64,000 nt of DNA from Daphnia carinata (taxonomy: Eukaryota): positions 6,200,001 through 6,264,000 of the forward strand of contig NC_081331.1 in the NCBI RefSeq assembly GCF_022539665.2. Reading direction: 5' to 3'. The translations under genes were made by a program, and so were the position numbers. Below are positions 23,889-35,200 of this stretch, piece by piece. Every line of letters begins with the position of its first letter. Positions within the stretch are counted from its first letter, which is position 1. Under the pieces are notes generated by a model, which had not been told where the DNA came from, searched no databases, and saw nothing but the letters and a program-made list of their open reading frames with translations.

Positions 23889-25474
23889 CTAAACCAAACA
23901 AGCCAGGGTATTAGCGGGAGCGTTATTACAAGCAACTCCCGTCAAGTTGGTGAGACTTTCCCACTGATTCGATTCATTCCACACCTTTGATGAATTCCAG
24001 AATTAAATATGTAAACACACTTGGCACAAAAAATACAATAAATCGTGACTTTCATTACCTTGTTGTAGATCAACCACGGAACAAAAGACAATGTTGGATC
24101 AAGGTTCAAGGTTTCTACACCGTAATCGTGAACTAAATTTTGTCCCTCAACGCTATTTTGGCAAGCATCGATCGGCGTGTAATCCAAGCCAGCCGATTCA
24201 GCGCACTATTAAACGAAACCAATTTTCTTTACCACACCCGTAAAAAAAATTATCGTGCGGTATCGTTAAAAATCAAACGAACCGATGGACCAGCAGTAGG
24301 TGCATCCATAAGGCAAGTAGTGAAATTCAAAGCCTGTTTAAATTTTGATGCAGTAATTTCCATACGTGTTACTAATAATTTCTAAATGGATCGATTTACC
24401 TGAGTAACTGAAGGGCTGTACTTGATCCCGCACGCGTGGAGAATGTTACCCGTACATTCCGCTATCAATAACGTTAACTTACAACGTATAAATATTTGAA
24501 AAGTTTAAAACACTTGTACCTGGCCCATGTTGGCATTCAAAATTCCATCCGCCTTCCGCATTCGAAACAAACTGAACACGAAGGAGTCAGTAATTGCCGT
24601 TAAATAGTTTTAATTGTAATTACTGTAGCCTTTCCGAACGGAACCAATCTTAAATCGGTGAAAGTGGAAAGAGTTGGCCAGTTTGGATTCAACTGCGTCA
24701 CAAGGAAATTGCGGCTGTCCGGGCAAAGCGATTCATAATATACATCCAATGTCATTCTTTCATCCACTTTCGGCTTCATTCATTTAGAAAGATAAGAAAT
24801 CTTGTTTAACACCTTGCAAGACATGTACGGCCATTATACCAAATATTAATTGGCATATGATTAGCGAGCATGTTTATTGTATGGGTTGAACACACTTAAT
24901 GTATCGAGCATGAATAGAGACATAGATAAATTCGGTCAAGGACAGAACGGGATTAATGAGCAAGTCAACTGAAAAGAAATCGATATTATAAAGAAGAAAG
25001 TGTACATAAAACACAATAAACTACTATCACGTCACGCTTCAACACGGAATTCATCATTCGTGAAGTCCCACAAAAATATGATTAAACAACTCTCGCTGCG
25101 TATGTAAGTCATAAGAGAATGTTTGTTGATGATTGCTTAACCTAATGTAAAATATAAAAAACTAGGATAAGACACAACACGCAGTTTGTAACGGGCGTTA
25201 CTCACTGACCATTTTTGGGATCGCTGACTCAACAACTTTGCATATTGGTAAAGCTGTACGACAATCTCCTGCATGTTTTGAACTGTTCATAAAACTCTAT
25301 GACACCAACAAAATAACCGCTAGCGCTAAAAATTCACGCCTTTTTCTTACTATTAAGTGTGGGATCTACTGGCGCGTAACAACGCATTTAAAAGAAAAAT
25401 ATTTTAAAAATTACCTGAGGGGCACCGTGAATGGCACATATCAGTACGAATCCAATAGCCAGCGTTGAAAACAT
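23889..25474 (-). CDS. GILT-like lysosomal thiol reductase, copy A
   Basis: Signal-peptide exon 25474-25415, then DVYYESLCPDSRNF (CxxS active site), LVPFGKA, CQHGP|AECTGN...HAC and LSFVPWL. Stop TAG at 23891-23889. Confidence 0.92.
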
Positions 25475-27124
25475 TTTCTCTTTTAAAATTTGGTAGAACT
25501 GAAAACAACTGAATTCGTTGGGTTCGTTTTCGAACGGCGACAAAGGTATGTATTGAACAGACAGTCTTAATATACTATTAGATAACGTATTGATACGCAT
25601 TTGTATATCAGCATTAGGAGCAATGTACTCCATTCCTGACCTTTGTTCCTATCGCAGTTCCCTGTGAACTTGCTGCTTTTTTCATTTTGACAATGTGCGA
25701 CTAATTGTAACGAAATTATAATAACAGGTTATATAAAATATGTAAATTAAAGGTAAATAATGGATGGTAAAATATATCTTACCGTCCGCACTTCGGGCTG
25801 TAAAGGTAAATTTGCCTCGAGTAAACACGACAATCAAGAGGAAAAGTAAGGACAACCTGTTTTCAGAATGGGGAAAACCAAATCGAATTTGGGAAACGTG
25901 TTGTGAAACCATCAAAAACCAGTGAAGATGACAAAGGCAGTCTACTGCGTACGGAAGCGAGTTTATAAACACAGGTGATGGACTCCCGTGTTTGGGACAA
26001 AAGACGGAACGGTTGGGTTTCTTTCATTTTCTTGGGCAATAGGCGATTCAGGTTTCTGTAGGAAATCGATCGACAAAGAAAGTCTCCATTGTTCTAGCGT
26101 TCATATTAGTTTAAAAGGAATTGTGACCGAGACTTATCACTCAATATTTCGTTCAAAAACCAATGTCATTGTTGTGTCTGGACTTGCGACTTTGTTTCGT
26201 TTTGTGCAAGTCATCTCATTTCAAAGGTGATTAGACACTTTCGATGGAAAGTGCAGAACCCCTGTGCCGTCAGAAGTCCATCAAAATTTAGGAGAGAAAT
26301 TTCAATGAAAATAACTAGACATCCTGAAATTCCTGTTTGCAGTTTTAGTTTTTTTAAGTTTGTCGGCAATGGCGGCACATGTACCCTATAGTGAGAATAA
26401 AGAAAGTCCCGATAAACTATGCAAATTTATTTTCTTGTTGTATAATGTATGCATTCGTTTTTTCTTGGGCATGTTACGAAGAATGTTTTTTTCATCACCA
26501 GTTTGGCTTCCAACAGTTGTGTAGTTAGCACAGTGAAAAGTGATTCATCTCCATGAAGTAACATGGGTCGGGCCCTATACAACGAACTAACAAGAAAAGA
26601 AAAATGAGTGATCTATTCTTTCGTTTTTTTTATGGCAATCATGCTGACTTGCCCGCCCTGTTCGTAATAGCTCAGTAATGGTGCATAATTCAAAAAGGTT
26701 TGAGTAAACCTCATCGTAGCCTATTTGTGACGTTTTATACACAAAAGATCAGGTATATGTAGCTATTATTCCACCATACGTACAGAAATTTTACCAATAG
26801 ACTTAATCGTACTAAAATGCACTTTTCATATACAGAATGGTGTAGCTTTAAATTCCCTAACGTGCACCTGAATATGTAATAAACAGCTTACTAGATGAAA
26901 CAGAAAAGGAAATTAGAAACTATAGTGAAATTGCGTACTGTTTCCAAAAGATTTGGATCGGAGCAAAAACAAGTTTTATTAACGACATAAACTCCAATTG
27001 CGAATGCTATAACGGAAAGAAGCTAATACACTTCAGTACACTGTACTGAGGTTGTATACTTTTGGAAGAAAACCAGAATACAGATTTGAACCAGAGAAAG
27101 CAATGATCTAGCAAAGAGATTTAC

Positions 27125-28526
27125 CTAGAGACCATTCGAAAGGCAGGCAGGTGCACTGAACCCGCTGTGTGTGCAAGCAACGCTTCTGACATTAGAAAGA
27201 CTGCTCCATTGCTTAGAATCGTCAAAAACCTGTTATAAGTTTTAATTTTCTAAATTTTAGATTGTTCCTTTTGAAATTAAATGCACTAGATTTCACCTTG
27301 TCGTACACCACCCAGGGAACAAACGTCAAAGTCGGCTGTAGACTTAAAGTCTCCACTCCATGAGCTTGGACCAAATCTTGACCTTCCACGCTCTTGTGAC
27401 ATGCGTCAATAGGAGTAAAATCCATGCCGGATAGTTCAGCGCACTATTGAAACAATAAAAATAATTATTCTAATTTAATTACAGGTAAGAAAAAAAAATT
27501 AGTAGCATACCTGAGCACCAGATGTAGGTGCTCTCATGAGGCATGATGCAAAGCTCAAAGCCTGTTTTCGTGTGTTGAAATTGCATTTAATTGGCTCTTT
27601 TCAAAGAGATAACAAGTTTTTACGGTATACCTGAGTCGAATCTTTGCTGTACTTGATACCACAGGCGTGAAGGATGTTACCATTGCATTCGGCGGAGCCA
27701 TGTTGGCAACTGAACGACCATCCAACACCCGACGAACTCCGTGTGAACTGCAAACCAACAATCAGGTCGTTAACACCAACATCTGGGGTTATTGTATGAA
27801 AATAACGGAGCAACGTACGCTAGCTTTGCCAAAGGGAATCAATCTCAAATTGACAAAGGTCGAAAGAGTCTTCCACTGAGGGGCTAATTGATTCACCAGG
27901 AAATTACGGCTGTCGGGGCAGAGAGATTCGTAGTAGACGTCCATGTTCGTTCGTCCACCATTTCCAATCTAGTGAAACATCAAAACATTATCACCGTGGT
28001 CACGACAGAAATTTAGATTCCTAAAATGACAACTAGATAAATTGAGCTATGTGGCGACGGAAATTCCATCGGCTGGAATGGAGGGGAAACAAACCAAAAA
28101 TTCTGAGATGTTCTGTGAAAGAAATATTTTTGGGTTTTTTTCGCCGTTAAGGAATGCGTCTGAGATTGATGAAATTCTTCAAACTAATTTTACAATTTCC
28201 ACCACTTCTAGACATTCTATCGTCAAGGTAGTTTTTCAATGTCATTGTGCATTTATTATTTCTAGGAGGAAGGAGTATGACCTTGGGAGCCTTGCCTTTC
28301 CCTGTAGCCCTTCTACACTCTTTTGTTTGCTTTTTTGTTCTTTGCTTTCGGGAATAATTTAACTGTAGGGCGTGCACCGTTGGCAGAAGTTATTAGACAG
28401 ATACCTCGCAAAATTCGATTAATTCAAATAACGACATTTACACAAAAAACTATGCCAGATGTTTACCTCGGCAGTGGCGACGATGCTGAAGCACAGCAGT
28501 GCAGATACAACCAAAGACTTGTACAT
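27125..28526 (-). CDS. GILT-like lysosomal thiol reductase, copy B (tandem paralog)
   Basis: Signal-peptide exon 28526-28467, then DVYYESLCPDSRNF, LIPFGKA, CQHGSAECNGNILHAC and LTFVPWV. Stop TAG at 27127-27125. Confidence 0.92.
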
Positions 28527-29138
28527 TTCTGTAATCAAGAAACTTATGCAGAAGAATTCGATTTCCAGCACTGACTACCAAACACGTCCACTCTCTCCCG
28601 GAACTTGCTAAGCAATGTCCACAATTTCGGCTACGCCAAACGACCGAAAGGTTTTTATTGTTATACCTCATTTTTCACTTCCCTGATCAAACAGGTCTGC
28701 TCGAGTGAGAGTCGTGCCAGCTGTAGGTGTTTCGCGCATACAACGGAAATTGGTCGACTAGGCAACGGGTCGTTAACATTTTACTACTAGCCCAAAGACA
28801 CAAACACGACTTCGGTTCAGTTATTAATTTAAACTAGAACAAAGCCATTATCGTTCGGTTTTTTCTCAGGTGATGTAGGCTAACATATAGGCGCAACGGC
28901 ATAGTGAAATCCTGGGCGTTAATATTTCAAATATGTCCGACTTCCTGGCTAAAAACGCCTGGTCTAGTTTAAATTTATAGGACATATATGAACGCGATGC
29001 GACCCACTTAAGAATCAAATATCTACTAACTACGTTGATCTTATTTCACAGAATATAACAAGGAAACGTGTGTTTCTTCCATCCCATTGTAAAAATAAGA
29101 ATAATATAACAAGAACGTATGGTACAGAAAAACTGCCA

Positions 29139-31592
29139 TTAGTCAGAATGATCCTCTTCGTCATCATTCGAATCGTTGAATGGAAGATCGGGAAGTTGGA
29201 TGTTGCTAAGCAAATCACGCATGGCTGCAACTAGAGTGGCGACGCTCTGTTGTAAATTGGCACCGGCACCCTCTGCAGCTATTTCATCTTCCTCTTGTAA
29301 TTCCACATTGGCTCGGGGAGGCCTGGCATCATGTAAAATATGGACCTAAAGCATTTAGATGTGTAAGTAATATTAAGGTAATACCTTGCAGGCTGTCGTT
29401 GAACAGCTTGCTGATTATTAACAACTTCTTGTGGATTAAAGCCGGGCAGCAACGAGCGAAAAAAGGAACTGATCAAGCCTCCTTCTAATTGACTGGCAGC
29501 TGTAACGTTGGTGGTACTTCGGTTTGGTCTTGTGTAGCTCGACACCGATTCTACAGGAGGTAACGGATCAAAAGACATGACCGCACCCAACTCTGCCAAT
29601 TCCTGTTTTTTTTTTAATACAATGAATAAATTACAATTGTGTTGCTTATTCAGATGAGTAACAAGGCCTATTTGATTTTTTTATGAACCTGGGGTAGCGT
29701 GGCTGTGGCATCCTTGATATCTGACAGAAGAATATGACGGTATATATTTCTCGGCGTTCCCTGATAACGTTTTTTACGCTTTTCCTCAAAATCTTGGGCG
29801 ATAGACGGCTGGCGATCGACCTCATTTAAGCAGTTGTTGGCGTTTCGTTCTAGCTATTGTTTTTCAAAAGGTCATTTGATCAATAAACGAATCATAAAAA
29901 TGGTAATCACAGTAGTACCCAAGGGAGCAGTTCGGCATCCTTCCAGAGATGAAACGATCGTCCAACGTAAAGTTGAATTAAATTGTTTAACGACGGCGAA
30001 TGGCTAATGGCAAATAATAAAAGGTTTTATTTCATAAAATGTTGAATGTTAATGTTTTATGTTATAGTTTACATACCTAAACGGTATTGCTGGTGAAAAG
30101 TATTCATGTTTGATAACCCTACTGTTAGCTTGTATGGAACACTTATCCAACAAAGGTACCAATACGCCTGGAAACATTAACAGAGCCTGTTTAAGGAAAT
30201 CATCTGCAAGCGCAAGGCTTTTCGGGTCGGTTTTCGAATTATAAAAATGTGCCACAGCAATGCCGAAAGCCATGTTGGGAAGCTGAGAAAGGTTCTTTTT
30301 GGATTCGAATGCTCCAAAGAAGTCAATAAACCACAAATATTCGCCAGCTTTAATGGCGTAAAAGTCCATCATCAGAATAACAGCTAAAGGGTCGGAGTCC
30401 AAATCTAACGTATAGAGCAGTTTGCAAAATTCCAAAGCTGTTCGGTAGCAGCCACGCAGGCCGATGGAAACCAGATGTTTGAATATGGCCAAGAATAACG
30501 CCCTTAAAAATAATAAAAGCGTTGATTTGACGAGAAAGATAATAAGTTGGTAGTCGTTACCTGTTTTCCTGTTGTTTGTACTCAAGGCGACAATTTCCGG
30601 AAGCCAAATTAAAAGAGGGGTGAAAAGCACTTTCGAGAATGTACAAGGCTCGTTCAATTAGTTCGGTTGCCATTTGCGGGTCCTCACTCATTCGACAAAT
30701 ATCAGAAAGCTGAATCAACGAGTCAATATGGTATGGATGCATATTAACCAGAGCCACTATGTTGGCGGGATTTAGGGAGCTAACGGCTTCCCAGAAATCA
30801 AACTGCACTTGTCGGTACTCTTTGTTATGTTCATATTTAAAGTAGAAACAACCATCCTTGGTGTGATCCAAGCTCATAGAGAGACCTAATGGGACAAAAA
30901 AGAAATTAAAACATTTTGCAGGTGATGAAATCAAAACGAACAACCAACCTGTTTTTCGTATTTGAGACCAGTTGTCCTTGGCATTGATTAACCATGTTGA
31001 TTTTACATAAGCTCTTCCTCTGGCTTTCTTTTTTTGTGCAGACACTACAACTCTACTTCCAAAAATCTTTTTCAATTCATTATCAGAATTTAGGTTTTTC
31101 TGCTCTAGCATGAGCACATTTTTAGCAGGAGATGGTTTACAGACTGGTAGTCCATGGCCATTTGAAGGTGCTTCATTAACCAGAAACTCATCATCCAGTT
31201 CTTCACCATCTTCCTCCAGTTGCACATTTTGCTTCTTCTTCTTTTTAGACTTTTTTTTTGGCTTAGTTCCGGTTTGCACAATATGTGGTGTGTCTTCCTC
31301 TGATTCATCATAAGATGGTACTTCTTCAGCACTTTCTCTCTCAGAATCTTCACCTTCATGCAACTAAAATATCGTGCAATTAGTCGTGAATTGTCATACT
31401 GCAAGAAAAGAAAAAAGCTAGTTTACATACTAAATCGAACATATTGACAGCAGACTTCTTTTTCCGGTTTCCGTTGACATTTCTGATGGAAGGTGCATCT
31501 TCAATTTCTTCTTCTTCTAATAAAAGGCTAGTGGCCAACGTCGATAGCCCATCCTTTCCGCCATGAATTTTACGAAGTTGCCTGTTGGACAT
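29139..31592 (-). CDS. TCF25: Transcription factor 25 / Nulp1 (ribosome quality control Rqc1 family)
   Basis: N-terminus MSNRQLRK, then NLNSDNELKKIFGSRVV, FKYEHNKEYRQVQ, HPYHIDSLIQLSDIC, AFHPSF...CRLEYKQQENR|ALFLAIFKH...RGCYRTALEFCKLL, LPNMAF and ALLMFPGVL. C-terminus AMRDLLSNI, stop at 29141-29139. Confidence 0.94.
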
Positions 31593-32272
31593 TTTCTCCA
31601 AAAGCAGGCAGAATATCAAGAAAAGCTCCAATTATAGTTTTCAGTTGATCTGGTGTATTTTGGGTTTTAGGCCCACGTAATCGTCTGCATGTCGGCAACC
31701 ATCTAGCGGTAAAAAGTAAAATTAGTGTTATACAACTTTGGAAAAACTTTTTTCTTTCCCATAAAGGCGACTTTTCTTGCTACACAGCTATTTTATTTTA
31801 AATCAAACTGAATTCTATTACGTTTGCGAAACTTTTTAAAAAAATTTCTTATAATTTTGAATAAATTCGTTTCCAGGCACGCACATTATTCCCCCCCATA
31901 ACGTGCTGCCACCTTGCGCTTTTAATATTCGAAAACGCTCAGTTGATGGCTTTCTGTCAAACGTGTGAAACCACCGTAAAAATTTCCCCATCGTGCTGAA
32001 TGGAAATGCTAGTGATCTGATGCTTTGCTTCGCCAAAATGGTTTTGTCTGATATTGGTGGTTGAATGATGACTTTGTTCTCGATTGTTGTTTAAACAGTT
32101 CGTTCAAACCAGTTCTCTACAAAACGTTTGCTTAAACAGAGTGTCCATTTGTTTTATGTGCTTGGGAGAACGGCATTGAGAAGAAGGCTGAGAAAAAAGG
32201 AGGCAGCAACGTAAACGACGCCTATCGGCAGAGGATTGAAGCTCGTTTTTAGTCTGTACTGGTGCTCCCATC
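31593..32272. promoter_or_regulatory. Probable bidirectional promoter (TCF25 / PP4R1)
   Basis: Head-to-head start codons about 680 nt apart. Contains CCATCTAGCGG at 31699-31709. Confidence 0.5.
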
Positions 32273-35200
32273 ATGGCGGGTTAGTTGGCTGTTTCAGACT
32301 GTCAAATTTCATTTTTTCCTTGATCATCTTTGATAGTTGTTGGCCATTCCTGTGTTTTTCTTATCATTACTATTCGTATTGTTCGATTTCTAAGTAAAAA
32401 GCTTTTTACATTCATTTTGCAACGACTTTGATGGCTTTGAATGCTACACGGTCGAGGCGATTACAACAGTAGAGAGATTGTCTCTAAAGTGTTTGGCGTG
32501 GTTGTGTGTGTGCGTGTGCGCGGCTATAGACAGCGTGTTGATTTTGATCTTTCTTGTCATTGTCAGATGATCCACCTTCGTCCTCGCCACCGGAGGAGAC
32601 GGAAGAAGAGGAAGACGAGGACTCCAACTCATCGCAACAAGGTAAAAAAAACGATCTTGCCTTTTAGTGAAATTATCAATCTTTTTGGGTGGCATGTGGT
32701 TCGATTTTTGCGGTAGTGGTGCGACTTCAATCTTCATGACAACAGTGTATCAAGCACACTATGCCTTGAGAAAAGAAGAAAAAAACGGCATGCCCTGTTT
32801 TTTTCACGGTTCAAGTGGCTTTTCCATTTTTCTGTAAAATCTTATCTCTATATTTGTGTGTTTGAATGGAGGGAGAAAAGTTTGGGGAAAAAGAGGCCGA
32901 AAAGGTTCGTAACAGGAACCTTGTTAGGGCTAGTGAGTGTTGGCGCCAAAAAAGAAATGCCAGGCCTCGGCCGCATTGTGTTACACACACAAGACCCGCG
33001 CCATCATTTCACTGGTAACAAACATTCCTCACTCTCTATCCAAAAAAGATTTCGTTTTTTTTTCTTCTTCTTCTCGCTTTTTCTCATCCTTAAATTCTTG
33101 ACGTCGTTAAAAAAAAAAAGGTCGTTGGAATGTTTTTCCGACCGATTTCTCCCCCAACATTTAACGTTAGTTGAAAACTTTTGTGGTATTTTCTTATTTA
33201 GAACAAAGTAATGAGCTCTTTTGTCCTTCCCTTTCAAATGTACAGAAAATGTTACATTGCAAGAAAATAATTCATTCATTCTCCGAAACTAATCAAGTCA
33301 ATTTAAGCAGAGTAATAAATGTCTTTCCCGTCCCAACTTACCTGTATATATTATTTTTAAAGTTACTATCTCTTCAATCTGACTGATTTCTCGGTAAAAT
33401 TTTAACTTGCAGACGATGATGGCGATTCTTCTGAAGATGAAAGGAGTTCAAACGGCCGTGAATCCGTCTCTATCACGGAGATGGAAGCATGTCTGGAGAA
33501 TGGCAACGCTTTCAACAGGTCAGTTGTCCTATTATTCCATTGGTTCACAAAAAGAAAAAAAAAATGTATGTAAAAGCTGAAGGCTACTAGTTGTGGAGGG
33601 CCCTGTTTTCTCGAGATTCCCATAACTCGTTTTTGCTTTCTTTCTCTTGAACGAAAGCCTACGACCCTGAGTTCCGGCCATTTTTTATGGCCAAAATTCT
33701 TCATTCAATAGTTAAACTATGCACAAGTTATTTTTCCTATCACTGATTCAATATGGCCGTCACTGAAAAAAACGGCTCAACGTAGTAGTCCTAGGTCTAA
33801 AGCGTACAACGTTCGTGATTTTGTGACATTGTATAAAAAGGGGCATTGCGTGGACGGTTACGCAACTGATAATGTCAAGTATTCAAAGTCATCGAGTTTC
33901 TGTTACTGATTAATCACAGCATTGAGATAAAAAAAAAAACTTGCACCTGCCGCCCTGAAGCGCCACACCTGTACATTTCCATGTTGTGACAATTTGACAA
34001 TAGGACTAATGATCTAATCGTAGTGGAAGGCCTGATCGTTGCGTGCGTAGTTACACGACGCCTTAATAGTGCCACTAGTGTTGTGGCGTAGTAAAAAGCA
34101 CAGATCTTCGCTCCTTTGCCCTAAAGCTTTTCTGTATAAAACTGCGTCATTTCTAGAGGTCTTTTGGCGGGAAAAAATCGATTGATGGGGAAAAAGAAAG
34201 GGAGAGAATCGAAATTTTCTGAAATTTGAATTTCTTGCCCATTATATTGGGCAGTAGGATTTGGTGGAAACAAAATGGCTGGCTTAGACATCGTTGGTTT
34301 GTGCAAAATTTTGAAATTTTCGGCGTGCTCGAATTGAGTTCAGTTTTCGTTGAGGCATAGCGTCCACGCCCTTGGCCTCAATTCTTTTTTGAGCCTCTTT
34401 TCTGATGCGTCGTCGCTCACAAGAAGGTCACTACTTCCAATCCTAGTCCGCAAACTCTTTCCACGAGATGGTGCGCCGATCGAACTCTACACCGGAAGCA
34501 CAACCTCGAACATTGAAGAATGTTGGCGCCAAAAATTGAGAAGAAAAATAAAAAAAATGGGCGATCTGAAAAAGGAGAAAGAAAAACGGCCGAAGGGACG
34601 CCATTCAAAAATATGTGTGTGTATAGGAGGGTGAAATAATGCCCAAAGGCGTAGAGAGAGCGCCTCTTGGTGGACAACTGGCGAACGAGAATGTCTCTCT
34701 CCTCATCCACCCTCTTGGCCACCCTCTTTTGTAGGCGATGGAATGGCCGCTGTTTCTGAACCAATAGCCATGGGGCAATTTTTTTCTCATGTGGAACCTG
34801 ATTGGCCACCTTATCTCCCACCCTAGATGGGGCGGAGCCAGCTCAAACCACCCCTAGAAAACCTTAGATACGCAAGCACACAGGCAGAACACGTTCTCCT
34901 GCCCACCCCACAGACTGACTTTTTTTCTGTCTCTCTCGTTTGTGTGCGTGTGTGTGTGTATCGGCGGCGTGTTTTCAACCCCCCTGGCGGTCACTACGTC
35001 GTACATTTTCGGCTGTGTGTGTGGTTGGAGACGTTTTGAACTGCAGACAACAGCCGAGAGTCCCGCGCGCACATCGCGTCTGCTTTTTTTCCCTCCCCCC
35101 TTTTTTCGTTTTGCTTACCCCTAGTACACACAACCCTCTGCTTTGCACAACTCTACGAAATCTGTGTCGTCGTCGTGTTTAGACTTGAAGAAGCATCGTT

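Noticed and set aside
25637..25649. DR1-like (HNF4-type) site upstream of GILT copy A
   Set aside because: A single imperfect match (GGAACA-A-AGGTCA) is too weak without conservation data.
28281..28303. Microexon in GILT copy B
   Set aside because: The AG...GT-bounded segment is 20 nt and would break the frame of the next exon.
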